Notes under the pieces: model-generated
Databases searched by the model: none
The model's input: only the letters and a program-made list of their open reading frames with translations
Told to the model about the DNA's origin: nothing
IMG/VR virus record: IMGVR_UViG_3300030616_000016
Span: 70,561 to 134,560 of that record
Reading direction: 5' to 3' (one strand)
From: a virus
Length of the DNA: 64,000 bases
Translations under genes and position numbers: made by a program
In this document: in pieces, positions 43,010-52,128 of the stretch
Numbering within the stretch: position 1 is the first letter of the stretch
How the letters are laid out: the number at the start of each line of letters is the position of its first letter

Positions 43010-44020
43010 TTACCAAGGCCAGTTAGGGACCTCGATCTTATGAACATGTTTCAAGTGATCGAATGCATAAGGCTGGAAAGGCGCTTCGACGCCATAATGA
43101 GCACGATAAGCAACTTCCCACCAGTGAGACAGGAATATCTTAGTAGCCCATCTCTTACTTCTCATATGAATCTGACTATTGGGGAGCTTGCCTTCGCGAT
43201 ATATTGCCCTCTGTTTATGACCAGGCACTCTTCGAAGAACTTCTCGTGCAATATGCGCATATTCCTTGGCTTCATTCTTACGCGACTCGATAATCTTCCT
43301 TTCAACAACAAGATGTCCATAGAGATCTTTTGGATTGTTGCATGTCATATTGAAAGACTCACCGATTTTCCAGCAGAGTGTTTTCAGTTCTGAATTCCAG
43401 GGACGCATTGACAGACCTCTGTAAAGCGTCTTGCCTGTATGAACTCCGCCTCCTTTCTGTAATGAGAGACGAAGTGCGGTAGCTGCTTTGATTCCTCCGG
43501 CTTCTTGTATCGCATTTGCTACCTTAATAGCATCTTCTTCAGATACTCTTCTTGTACTATCAGGATTAATACCGGCTTCGTCAACCATGATTTCTCTTGT
43601 AACTTTCTTGCCAAGCCAGCGCTTTCCGTCTACAAGACCAGCATAGCTATAGATATGTCCTGGAGTCTTAGCTTTGTCCATATCTATATGGGCAATAAGA
43701 CCGGCGCTGATAACAGGGCCAATACCTACAACTGATTGAGCCCATGTACCAATTTTTGTTGATAATGAGAAATGATTGAGCGCGAGCTTCACCTGATTCT
43801 CAAGACGCTCCGCATTCTTAAGAAACCAATCAAGCACTTCCATTGGAGGGTCGTCTACGCCCTGCTCTGCTGCTCTAAGCTGACCAGCAAGCCTGATTCT
43901 CTGGTTCTGCATGGTATAATAACTATCTACCAGATAGCGGGCTTCCTGACGCGTAATCTTTCTTGACGCGTTTCTTATGTCTTTACCTACTCTTTCAATA
44001 ATTTCTTCAATAGCCATCAC
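43010..44020 (-). CDS. Protein with IS110/IS116/IS902-type transposase C-terminal (HhH) domain-like region
   Basis: VVGIGPVISAGLIAHIDMDKAKTPGHIYSYAGL resembles the GIGP..A..L.AEI....F......YAGL motif. I could not see the N-terminal DEDD catalytic domain. Confidence 0.4.
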   Translation of the reverse strand: MMAIEEIIERVGKDIRNASRKITRQEARYLVDSYYTMQNQRIRLAGQLRAAEQGVDDPPMEVLDWFLKNAERLENQVKLALNHFSLSTKIGTWAQSVVGIGPVISAGLIAHIDMDKAKTPGHIYSYAGLVDGKRWLGKKVTREIMVDEAGINPDSTRRVSEEDAIKVANAIQEAGGIKAATALRLSLQKGGGVHTGKTLYRGLSMRPWNSELKTLCWKIGESFNMTCNNPKDLYGHLVVERKIIESRKNEAKEYAHIAREVLRRVPGHKQRAIYREGKLPNSQIHMRSKRWATKIFLSHWWEVAYRAHYGVEAPFQPYAFDHLKHVHKIEVPNWPW

Positions 44021-44038
44021 AATGTCTCCAAAAATTAA

Positions 44039-45196
44039 TTAAAGCATGTTTACCATGCTATTATATAGACCCGCATACTCTTGCGGGCCTGAACGTTTGC
44101 CTGGGTTATCGGACAATTTAACAGTAGGAACAAAGCCCTCTCTATTATATGAACAGGCAGTCATTTTAATAACGATATTAAGAGGATCTACTCCAACATC
44201 ATTAGTGAAATTAGTGCCTATACCATATACTGTTTTGATTCTTTTGTTTACATATTCTTCTATCTCAAGAACCTTGTCAACATCAAGAGAGTCTGAGAAT
44301 ACAATGGTTTTTGTACTTGGATCTATACCAAGGCTCTCATAGTGTTTTATTATTTTGTCAGCAAATTCCATAGGATCGCCTGAATCTTGCCTTACACCAT
44401 CCCAAAGACTCGCTCTGACATAATCAAATGATCTTAGAAACCAATCAGTTGTATAAGTATCAGTAAGCGCTATGCCTAGTTTGCCCTTATATGTCTCTGC
44501 CCATTTATCAAGGGCAATAGAAGTAGCCATTTGAGGACCAAATATGGCGCCGTGGAACATAAACCACTCATGAGCTTGTGTGCCAATTGGTCGCATGTTA
44601 TGAGTGGTTGCTAATAATACATTACTTGTACCAAGACAGTATTGTGAAATTTGTTTTCTTGTAGACATGTCATCCAGAAGTTCATTCTGTACACCAAATG
44701 AAAATCTGCGTCTGGTTCCGAATTCTATGAAGTTGACTTTGTGCTTGATGAGTTTGTCAACCTTGTCTACATTTGTTTTATATCTTTCTTTCCTGAACTT
44801 AGGCGCTATACCAAGCTTAAGATAGTATAGCTCGCTAATAGCCGCTAATAGCGGTACTTCCCATAGTATAGCAGAATACCATGGCCCGCATATTTCTACT
44901 TTGAGATCTTCGTCTGTTTGTGTAACACATACTTCATTAGGATTGAATCGATGATGTCGTAGGTATTCTAGATATGTTGAATCAAAGACTCCAATCTTTC
45001 GCATAGCTGTAATACTATCGTCTATAAAGTATGTATGTTGCATATGATCAATAAACTCATTTAATTCCTTTTGCATACTTTCAGGGAACTCAGTCTTTGT
45101 TCTTGACTTGAATTCATATTTTACTAATGCAGATGGATAGTGTTTAAGTACTGCATTTTGCATGGCGAACTTATAGAAATCATTGTCTGCTGCCAT
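44039..45196 (-). CDS. pncB: Nicotinate phosphoribosyltransferase
   Basis: NDFYKFAMQNAVLKHYP (TD-x-YK-x-TM region). LGTSNVLLATTHNMRPIGTQAHEWF (GTSN...GT.AH). 385 aa. Confidence 0.75.
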   Translation of the reverse strand: MAADNDFYKFAMQNAVLKHYPSALVKYEFKSRTKTEFPESMQKELNEFIDHMQHTYFIDDSITAMRKIGVFDSTYLEYLRHHRFNPNEVCVTQTDEDLKVEICGPWYSAILWEVPLLAAISELYYLKLGIAPKFRKERYKTNVDKVDKLIKHKVNFIEFGTRRRFSFGVQNELLDDMSTRKQISQYCLGTSNVLLATTHNMRPIGTQAHEWFMFHGAIFGPQMATSIALDKWAETYKGKLGIALTDTYTTDWFLRSFDYVRASLWDGVRQDSGDPMEFADKIIKHYESLGIDPSTKTIVFSDSLDVDKVLEIEEYVNKRIKTVYGIGTNFTNDVGVDPLNIVIKMTACSYNREGFVPTVKLSDNPGKRSGPQEYAGLYNSMVNML

Positions 45197-45219
45197 TGTT
45201 ATCTCCGATAATGAATATG

Positions 45220-45642
45220 TTAATATATAGCATCTAATCCTTCACCTGCACGAAATATTTCTGCCTTTTCTATGGCTTCTAATAAACCCTTACATTCACA
45301 ACCGCAATGTATACATATTGCTAATTCTTTTGGATCTACTCGATCTTTCTTATTCAAAAGCTCATTGTTAAATTCTCTGGATCCACAGTAATTACATTGT
45401 GCTCTAAATACTTCTTCAAGTAACCAAGTAGAAATACCCTCTTTCCCTGTTGTGCATGTATGTTCTGGCTCCATACTTGTCAGATGGATATAATCATTTG
45501 GATAAGTTATAGTTTCTGTTCTTATAACTCTATGAAAATATCCAATACATTTCCTTAGTTGTTCTCGATAATCGCTATCTGGGCCAAGATCATCTGCTAT
45601 TTCATATGGTAATAGAATTTCTCCAACATTATATGTTTCCAT
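45220..45642 (-). CDS. Small protein with C-terminal double CxxC (zinc-ribbon family relative)
   Basis: GGAG RBS before METYNVGEIL. CNYCGSREF...CIHCGCEC. Confidence 0.5.
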   Translation of the reverse strand: METYNVGEILLPYEIADDLGPDSDYREQLRKCIGYFHRVIRTETITYPNDYIHLTSMEPEHTCTTGKEGISTWLLEEVFRAQCNYCGSREFNNELLNKKDRVDPKELAICIHCGCECKGLLEAIEKAEIFRAGEGLDAIY

Positions 45643-45644
45643 GA

Positions 45645-46190
45645 CTACTCCATCCCGATGGTATCTATGAAGTATTGTCCATCTCTTAATAATGTCACAC
45701 AAGAATGTTTGGATAATAGTTCGCGTGTATCAAATGGCTCTGTAATTATATGACAGCCATTTAAGGTATCAATTTTGGCTACTTGATTATCAGAAGGAAG
45801 TAGATTCATGATATCGATTATTGTATCTTGATCTGTAGTATCTACATCAAGCATAAACATCTTATCACTATGTGCATGCTCTTTTTGCATTAGAGCAGTG
45901 CGCCACCATGAATCAATAGAAGCTGATATTTCTGGATGGTCAATCATCTTCTTCATAAGCCATTTCATTGCTGCTTCACAATTACGGCTATTGACAGTCT
46001 TGTAAATACGCCACATTCCTCCCCTAATAGTGAGTTCTTCTTTAAGAATTTCTAGATCTATATCATGATCTTTAATAACGCGACGAATACATTTAGGCTT
46101 ATTATCGTTTATCTCCTGGTCTTTATTTCTTCGAACTGCAATGAACAAATCCACAAACTTTGAATAAAATGTTGGCTCTTTGTTTGACAT
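45645..46190 (-). CDS. Hypothetical protein
   Basis: AAAGGA RBS before MSNKEPTFYS. The track ORF starts at a GTG at 46205. Confidence 0.5.
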   Translation of the reverse strand: MSNKEPTFYSKFVDLFIAVRRNKDQEINDNKPKCIRRVIKDHDIDLEILKEELTIRGGMWRIYKTVNSRNCEAAMKWLMKKMIDHPEISASIDSWWRTALMQKEHAHSDKMFMLDVDTTDQDTIIDIMNLLPSDNQVAKIDTLNGCHIITEPFDTRELLSKHSCVTLLRDGQYFIDTIGME

Positions 46191-46327
46191 TTCTATTCCT
46201 TTCACAATAAATTGCCACAGAAGCTACCTAGCAATACAGAAATTGTGCCAAGAAGTAATCCTATGAGCAGTGGCCATACTGCTTCAAGCATCTTTTTAAA
46301 ATCTTCCATAATAATAACTCCTTGCAT

Positions 46328-46669
46328 TCAATTGACTGATTTGGATCCACAGTTTGGACATTCAAATAAGAGTTTAATATCATAGCCACAATAAAAGCAT
46401 TGATTATACGGCTCAAGATATTTTATAGTATTGACTGTATTAATAGTTGTGCCAAGTGCGACATTGCTATTAGGGTTTAGAGTGGCATTAGAAAGCTGAA
46501 ACATATTCCATTTTAATCTTTTAGTTATATATACATTGTGCTTATGAGTCCAATTGTATATATAATTCCTATGTACATCGGAAATATCTTCGTTACAAGT
46601 AAGTATGTTCTTGTGATATCTGACGCGTATGTGTCGCTTCATTACTTTTGCGGCTTCTCTATATTTCAT
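46328..46669 (-). CDS. Small protein with C-terminal zinc ribbon
   Basis: CFYCGYDIKLLFECPNCGSKS. Confidence 0.5.
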   Translation of the reverse strand: MKYREAAKVMKRHIRVRYHKNILTCNEDISDVHRNYIYNWTHKHNVYITKRLKWNMFQLSNATLNPNSNVALGTTINTVNTIKYLEPYNQCFYCGYDIKLLFECPNCGSKSVN

Positions 46670-46854
46670 TGTGATGGTCCATTTCCGAATACGACTCCGT
46701 CTCTGTACCCTTCTGTATGTCCAGCATTATATCCTGCCGCATAGGCTTTCTTTGCTAGTTCTTTTTGCTTTTTATCTTTTATACTAGCAGCTCTACACCA
46801 TTTCTTGAATTCCTTCTCACTGTATTCCATCATCCTCCTCCTCATAGCGGTCAT
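46666..46854 (-). CDS. Hypothetical small protein
   Basis: 62-aa ORF whose stop overlaps the next start. Confidence 0.4.
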   Translation of the reverse strand: MTAMRRRMMEYSEKEFKKWCRAASIKDKKQKELAKKAYAAGYNAGHTEGYRDGVVFGNGPSQ

Positions 46855-46910
46855 CTTCAGTCATCTTATGGCGACTTAAGAATGCCCATATTATTATGAT
46901 TATCAATAAT

Positions 46911-47099
46911 TCAACCCCCATTGTTGTCTCCATCTACATGATGATTTTTGCAAATTCTTACCTTGTGTCCTTGATAGTCAATTTCTTTTGTATCCGCCAT
47001 GGCATTCAATCTGCCACAAATAATACATCTTCCAACTGACTTTCTCTTTTCAGCTATTTTATTGCCCAGCAATGCTTTACTATCATTATTTTTGCTCAT
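46911..47099 (-). CDS. Small zinc-binding protein
   Basis: AGGAG RBS before MSKNNDSK. CIICG...CKNHH. Confidence 0.45.
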   Translation of the reverse strand: MSKNNDSKALLGNKIAEKRKSVGRCIICGRLNAMADTKEIDYQGHKVRICKNHHVDGDNNGG

Positions 47100-47109
47100 A
47101 AAAATTCTC

Positions 47110-47403
47110 CTATTGGTTATGTTGTTGTCTGATAACATTAAGGAATGCATCAATTCTATCAGAAGGTCTTTTGCGCAATTCTTGAATATAAATCGCGCGT
47201 CTTTTGGTAAGATTATCTATCCTCTCTTTTAGTTTCACTTCTTTCCTTGAAATATAAAACTTTCTTACTATTGGTGATAGAACAAACCATCTACTCTTTA
47301 GTTTTTCGTACTTTACTTTCAATAGCCATATTTCATCATTTAAATTGTTTATGGCAATAGATAAATCAGCACCTGACATTTTTGGAATAAGGTTAGTTTT
47401 CAT
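47110..47403 (-). CDS. Hypothetical coiled-coil protein
   Basis: GGAGAG RBS before MKTNLIPK. Confidence 0.45.
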   Translation of the reverse strand: MKTNLIPKMSGADLSIAINNLNDEIWLLKVKYEKLKSRWFVLSPIVRKFYISRKEVKLKERIDNLTKRRAIYIQELRKRPSDRIDAFLNVIRQQHNQ

Positions 47404-47417
47404 GCTCTCTCCATATT

Positions 47418-47759
47418 TCATAATAATGTAGAGCCGCATAAATCACAAATCTTCTGCTCTATATTAATATCTTTATTCCCACAAAATGGACATAATGCTA
47501 AATGAATGTTCTGAATGTCTGTTGATGTTAATGCTGCTGTATGCCAATAAGAGTCTATGACTATTGATTTATACTCCATGTGTATTCTAGATATTTTGAT
47601 ACTCTTGTTTGCTATAGTATTTGGAAGCCTGCATTGATACATTGTTGTACCATCTCCTTTATCATATATAGCACCATTAATAAGAGGAGAGTTTTCATCT
47701 TGTACATAAATTACAGACCATTGGTTTTCGTATGCAATAACACATTCTTCATAGGTCAT
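47418..47759 (-). CDS. Zinc-ribbon paralogue family member
   Basis: AAGGAG RBS before MTYEECVIAYENQ. C-terminal LCPFCGNKDINIEQKICDLCGS. Confidence 0.6.
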   Translation of the reverse strand: MTYEECVIAYENQWSVIYVQDENSPLINGAIYDKGDGTTMYQCRLPNTIANKSIKISRIHMEYKSIVIDSYWHTAALTSTDIQNIHLALCPFCGNKDINIEQKICDLCGSTLL

Positions 47760-47784
47760 TATGATACTCTCCTTCAATAATCAA

Positions 47785-48108
47785 TTAGTATTCTATAATG
47801 ACTTCTGGCTGTTTATACTCATTTGTATCTTTGTTAGTTTTAACCGGCGGCAAGACATTAATGATCCTACCATATGTGTCTTTTACTGTGCGGCTCGCTT
47901 CAAATTCTTCTTGTGTTAGTTCATTGGGATTGCCATACTGTTTGACCCATCCATTATATAGCTGCTTAGCATTTCTTTCTCTTTTTTGTATGATGCTTTT
48001 GCTGCTTCTAAATGTACATATAATCATTGATGAAAGTATGCAGATTATCGCTAATAGTACTACTAATTCAATAAAGGCAAACCCTTTATTACACTTTAAT
48101 ATTTTCAT
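47785..48108 (-). CDS. Protein with type-IV-pilin-like N-terminus (prepilin cleavage/methylation motif)
   Basis: MKILKCNKGFAFIELVVLLAIICILSSMI fits the G|F-x-x-x-E hydrophobic pilin signal. Confidence 0.55.
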   Translation of the reverse strand: MKILKCNKGFAFIELVVLLAIICILSSMIICTFRSSKSIIQKRERNAKQLYNGWVKQYGNPNELTQEEFEASRTVKDTYGRIINVLPPVKTNKDTNEYKQPEVIIEY

Positions 48109-48119
48109 GATATCTCCTG

Positions 48120-48488
48120 TTAGTCAATGTACCCATTTTTCTTAAAGCTAACTAATACTATCTTATTTTTCTCGCGATCATGTTGAAGCTTGATGTATAC
48201 TTTGGTATTACCTATTACTGTTTTGTATACATCCATATATTTTCTTACGTATAGATTTGCTTTTGTTGCATAAGCAAAATCTGGCTCTTTTAAGTTGAGC
48301 AGAGTTTCTACAACTTGGCTTTTTGAAAAGCTAAAGTCTTTTTGCGCATGATATCTCGCATCTCTTAATATCATATATCTATCATTCTTAATGAGAGTTT
48401 TTGCGCCTTCTAACTCAATAGAAGGCATGGCTCTCCTTTTTATGACAGGGAGATCTATGTCATTATTATTTGCTAAAGATACTTTCAC
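48120..48488 (-). CDS. mqsR: MqsR-family toxin-like protein
   Basis: LKEPDFAYATKANLYVRKYMDVYK...TKVYIKLQHDREKNKIVLVSFKKN aligns by eye with E. coli MqsR LSESDFYKSMTT...WQDVYR...QVYLKITVIHDVLIVSFKEK. Confidence 0.55.
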   Translation of the reverse strand: MKVSLANNNDIDLPVIKRRAMPSIELEGAKTLIKNDRYMILRDARYHAQKDFSFSKSQVVETLLNLKEPDFAYATKANLYVRKYMDVYKTVIGNTKVYIKLQHDREKNKIVLVSFKKNGYID

Positions 48489-48516
48489 TGGTCATTACTC
48501 CTCTGACAAAAAATGT

Positions 48517-48912
48517 TCATGGTAGTTCTGAATCGCAGCCGCAATTATTGCAAGCCTTATGCTTAATGTCTATATCTTGATTACCGCAATATTTGCATCT
48601 TATTACTTCAAGATCCTCAATTGATACATTTAGGTATAGAATTGTTTCTCCATCTGATACTGCAAATCCGCCTACATTCTCTGAATTTATCACATTAAGT
48701 TCATCTTTTACTATATCGACTCCTACAATATTTAGTGTCTTACCACGAAATATATCCACATAACAAGGCCCACAAATTGATGATTGTGAGACACAACCAT
48801 TTTCATCTATGTCAGCATGTCTTGCAGTTAAATTATATTCTTCATGTTCACCTATATTTAAGAATACAGGTGTTTTGTTAATATATGCCCGAACTGCCTC
48901 TTTGAACGTCAT
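48517..48912 (-). CDS. Zinc-ribbon paralogue family member
   Basis: MTFKEAVRAYINK... and C-terminal RCKYCGNQDIDIKHKACNNCGCDSE. Confidence 0.6.
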   Translation of the reverse strand: MTFKEAVRAYINKTPVFLNIGEHEEYNLTARHADIDENGCVSQSSICGPCYVDIFRGKTLNIVGVDIVKDELNVINSENVGGFAVSDGETILYLNVSIEDLEVIRCKYCGNQDIDIKHKACNNCGCDSELP

Positions 48913-49036
48913 GATTTATCCTCACGGTCTTTAAAGATTATCAATAGTATTTTTAGCGAAATAACATACAGTATGAGAATACCTAGAAATAGCTTTAACC
49001 ATAGAAATAGCATCGAATATTCTTCTCGATAGTATA

Positions 49037-49381
49037 TTATTTCGCTTCACGGACATCAATCCCAAGTTTGTCTTTAATCCACTTTGCAACAAGATGTCTG
49101 TGACAAAACTTCGTTGATCCTTCCCAGCATAATAGTATGGGTTCGCCGTCTACTAGCTCATGAATTTCATCATAAACTTCAGCGGCATTTAATTTACTTA
49201 GAATCTTGTCGTATTCTCGTACATAGGCTATTTTATCCAAGTTTCTTCTATAGGACTGTAATAATTCTTGTGATGGAGCTAATGTACGATATGTTGAGCC
49301 TATATAGAATTTTGGAGGAAATAGCGCTATAGACACTGCATCTGGATGAGTACCATAATTTCTGAAGTATGAAGTTTTCAA
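49037..49381 (-). CDS. DUF488-family protein
   Basis: LAPSQELLQSY...ILLCWEGSTKFCHRHLVAKWI (LLC.E....CHR..va.w). Confidence 0.6.
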   Translation of the reverse strand: MKTSYFRNYGTHPDAVSIALFPPKFYIGSTYRTLAPSQELLQSYRRNLDKIAYVREYDKILSKLNAAEVYDEIHELVDGEPILLCWEGSTKFCHRHLVAKWIKDKLGIDVREAK

Positions 49382-49614
49382 TTATCTTCTCCTTTGCTTT
49401 TATTATAATAGTATCTGTAAGCTTCTGTGGCTAATGCGCTCATCATAATTAGTGTGGAAGAACGATTGATATCATTTATTCTTATGAACTCATCAGTGAG
49501 CATACGTAATTTGCAATCGCCAATTTCTCCCTTATCTCTTAGAGTTTCATAATTAGATAGCAGTTCTTTTCTATCTTCGTCTGTCATTTCACCAATATAT
49601 TCTTCCATACTCAT
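49378..49614 (-). CDS. Hypothetical protein
   Basis: 78-aa co-directional ORF. Confidence 0.4.
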   Translation of the reverse strand: MSMEEYIGEMTDEDRKELLSNYETLRDKGEIGDCKLRMLTDEFIRINDINRSSTLIMMSALATEAYRYYYNKSKGEDN

Positions 49615-49617
49615 TAT

Positions 49618-50052
49618 TTAATCTCCATTGAGAGTTTCTATTGCACGCTCTTTAATGATTTCTTTTACTTTGTCTTCTATCTCATCCATTTTATCTTCAT
49701 CAAGATTATTTGATTCTGGTTTACGAGGACAGCTTGATTCCCAGTCACATTCGAAATCTACTGCAGATTTATCTGGTTCAATTGTGTATGTAGCACGACC
49801 ATGATAATCTTGATATCTCCAATCAGTACTTACTGTCTGTACTGATTTATAATTGGAGAGTTTTACTGTATTATGCTCTCTTGCTTCTTGTATATCATCC
49901 TGGATTTGTTCTTGTGTAACAATCTTATAGATTTGAGTAATATACTTTTTATTACAAGAAGTTTTCATAGCTGCATCATGTATGGTTTCTGCTTCTATGA
50001 TCTCGCTTTGTCCATTACAGCATAATACCTCAAAATGTGCTTTATTACTCAT
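49618..50052 (-). CDS. Hypothetical protein
   Basis: 144-aa co-directional ORF. Confidence 0.45.
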   Translation of the reverse strand: MSNKAHFEVLCCNGQSEIIEAETIHDAAMKTSCNKKYITQIYKIVTQEQIQDDIQEAREHNTVKLSNYKSVQTVSTDWRYQDYHGRATYTIEPDKSAVDFECDWESSCPRKPESNNLDEDKMDEIEDKVKEIIKERAIETLNGD

Positions 50053-50294
50053 TGCTTGTCCTCCTTCTCCATGAATTCAAGTGTATTGTAATCAATAGCT
50101 TTGAAGCCCTTCTCTTCGAATGTTTCCATATATTTAAGCTGGCGCTCAAGATCTTTCAACAAAGCTTGAGCATTTGCTCTAGGAGAGCCTTCTGCAGGTA
50201 TGTTCTTCTTAACAAGATCAATTTTATCTCTGAGCTTCTGCTTAAATACATTCCTGTGTTTCATTGTCTCAGGGATATTTACTTTATGTGGCAT
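50049..50294 (-). CDS. Hypothetical protein
   Basis: 81-aa co-directional ORF. Confidence 0.4.
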   Translation of the reverse strand: MPHKVNIPETMKHRNVFKQKLRDKIDLVKKNIPAEGSPRANAQALLKDLERQLKYMETFEEKGFKAIDYNTLEFMEKEDKQ

Positions 50295-50295
50295 A

Positions 50296-51069
50296 TTACT
50301 CCCTTTCTAGACAGAATGTCTCCATCATGTGATTTTGAACTCCTCTGTATTGCCATTGAAAAGTACAATTGACTCCCTTAATCTTAGGAAACTCTCCAAC
50401 ATTTCTATCTTGTATTTTGCTATTTCTTGAGTCACTCTGAATAGTTATGAAAATTAACTTACAATCGCTTTTGTTCACGAGATGTTTGACTGAAGATATT
50501 CTTTGATGCGTTAGTGGACCATTATAATCTAAGTGTGCTACATCAATGTCTATACGACTACATTTCTTGAGAAATGAATCGACATTCTGGTTTATCAGTT
50601 TTACATCCTTACTTAGCTTGCTCTTTATCGAGTTTTCGCAGATTGTATATATACTGTTTTTCGCCTCAAAGGCTAGAATGTTGTATGTATCTACTCCAAC
50701 CATGTTATTAATTATTACTAATTCAGTTCCTAGGTATGGTAGACATAGAAATTTGATGCTTCTTAGTCCTTTTGAGTGAATAATATTGCCTATGCTAGTA
50801 ATGCTATACCGCTTACCTATTGTGGCATATTTATCATTATTAGCGTCAATATTATTCTTTTTCTTAATGATTGGAAGGTTGGTTCTAACTTTTGTTTTGA
50901 TGTTATGCAAATGTGTCTCAACAGTTCTTGGCTTTATATCAAGCTTAGCTGATATTTGAGGAATAGAAAGACCACGCATGAATAGATCAACATGTTCTTT
51001 TTCTCTCTTTGTAAACAAATGCTTTTTATTAGAGACATCTGACGGCAAATGAACTTTTGTCCTATTCAT
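50296..51069 (-). CDS. LuxR/GerE-type HTH protein with uncharacterised C-terminal domain
   Basis: LFTKREKEHVDLFMRGLSIPQISAKLDIKPRTVETHLHNIKTKV. Confidence 0.6.
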   Translation of the reverse strand: MNRTKVHLPSDVSNKKHLFTKREKEHVDLFMRGLSIPQISAKLDIKPRTVETHLHNIKTKVRTNLPIIKKKNNIDANNDKYATIGKRYSITSIGNIIHSKGLRSIKFLCLPYLGTELVIINNMVGVDTYNILAFEAKNSIYTICENSIKSKLSKDVKLINQNVDSFLKKCSRIDIDVAHLDYNGPLTHQRISSVKHLVNKSDCKLIFITIQSDSRNSKIQDRNVGEFPKIKGVNCTFQWQYRGVQNHMMETFCLERE

Positions 51070-51310
51070 CTGGATTCCTTTCTGCTGAAGTATCTCTATC
51101 TGGTCCTCTTACTATTGATCTTAAACTCCATGATTTAGACTGTGGACAGGTTACGAAATGGCTTGTAAAGCATTCTGTTAAATGCCACTTCCCATTTTTA
51201 TCTTTTGTCCAAGCTTTTATTGGATCGACATCTAATGGCATACGTTTGCCATTGGCTGTTGTGATCCATTTAATATTTGCTTCACATGTTCTGCATTTCT
51301 CATATCCCAT
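51062..51310 (-). CDS. Small zinc-binding protein
   Basis: CRTCEANIKWITTANGKRMPLD...SHFVTCP (C-x2-C ... H-x3-C). Confidence 0.5.
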   Translation of the reverse strand: MGYEKCRTCEANIKWITTANGKRMPLDVDPIKAWTKDKNGKWHLTECFTSHFVTCPQSKSWSLRSIVRGPDRDTSAERNPDE

Positions 51311-51330
51311 ATCTTTCTCCTATCTTTGTT

Positions 51331-51621
51331 CTAAAGTCCAAACAGTTTTCTGTCTGATCCTAGGTGATCAACTATTTCACGAGCTAATCTTCTAGTAACG
51401 AGAATACGTATCATATCATCATCTGCATATGGCTCCTTTCTTTCAAAGTTCAATTGAAGATGTTCTTCTTGTGTGCGCAGTGCAATGACTATTTCAGCAA
51501 ACCACGATTCCATTTTACTGACTTCCATTTTTGCTTTATGTAGCTCGGAACTCATCTCCCAACATTTTTTATTTAGCTTCTTTTCGAGCTCTGTTTTTGG
51601 TTTTTGATTATGACAGTTCAT
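51331..51621 (-). CDS. Hypothetical protein
   Basis: 96-aa co-directional ORF. Confidence 0.45.
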   Translation of the reverse strand: MNCHNQKPKTELEKKLNKKCWEMSSELHKAKMEVSKMESWFAEIVIALRTQEEHLQLNFERKEPYADDDMIRILVTRRLAREIVDHLGSDRKLFGL

Positions 51622-51693
51622 TTTTTTCCTTCCTGTTGGACAGAAATATATGGGGTCGGGCTCTATTCCCTTATGCTAAAATTATATGTTAGT

Positions 51694-51972
51694 TTACCAC
51701 CCTTCCAAAAAACCTAAATTTTCCCAATGGATGTTTTCTTCCTTGTCTTTTTTCCATCCTCGTACTACAGTAACTTTCCTAAACCACTTTGTTTTAAAGT
51801 TTATTGTTACCGGTAGTATGGCAAACCAAGTTTTTATTTCTATCTCTGTTTCATCTCTTTCAGGATCTAAAAATCTCGCCAGTTCCCATCTTTTATCAAT
51901 CATACATTCCATTATTGCGACTACTTGTTCCAACCATCGAGTTTCATTATTAGTTTTGCTCGTCGCTGGCAA
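51694..51972 (-). CDS. WFALLPVT-repeat protein; N-terminus separated by a C7 tract (see findings)
   Basis: Two WFA(L/I)LP(A/V)T...(ETR)W units. The frame stays open upstream to a stop beside a homopolymer. The track start is a TTG. Confidence 0.45.
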   Translation of the reverse strand: MPATSKTNNETRWLEQVVAIMECMIDKRWELARFLDPERDETEIEIKTWFAILPVTINFKTKWFRKVTVVRGWKKDKEENIHWENLGFLEGW

Positions 51973-52128
51973 TAATGCAAACCAAGACTTAATTTCTACA
52001 TCACCACAAACAGGGGGGGTTTACGTTTACGCTTTATTCTCATTTCTCTTATATCCTTAACAAAAAAGTCAGTGGACCGGTTACTACTCAGACTACATCT
52101 TTACCTATTAATTCTATTGCTATGAACT

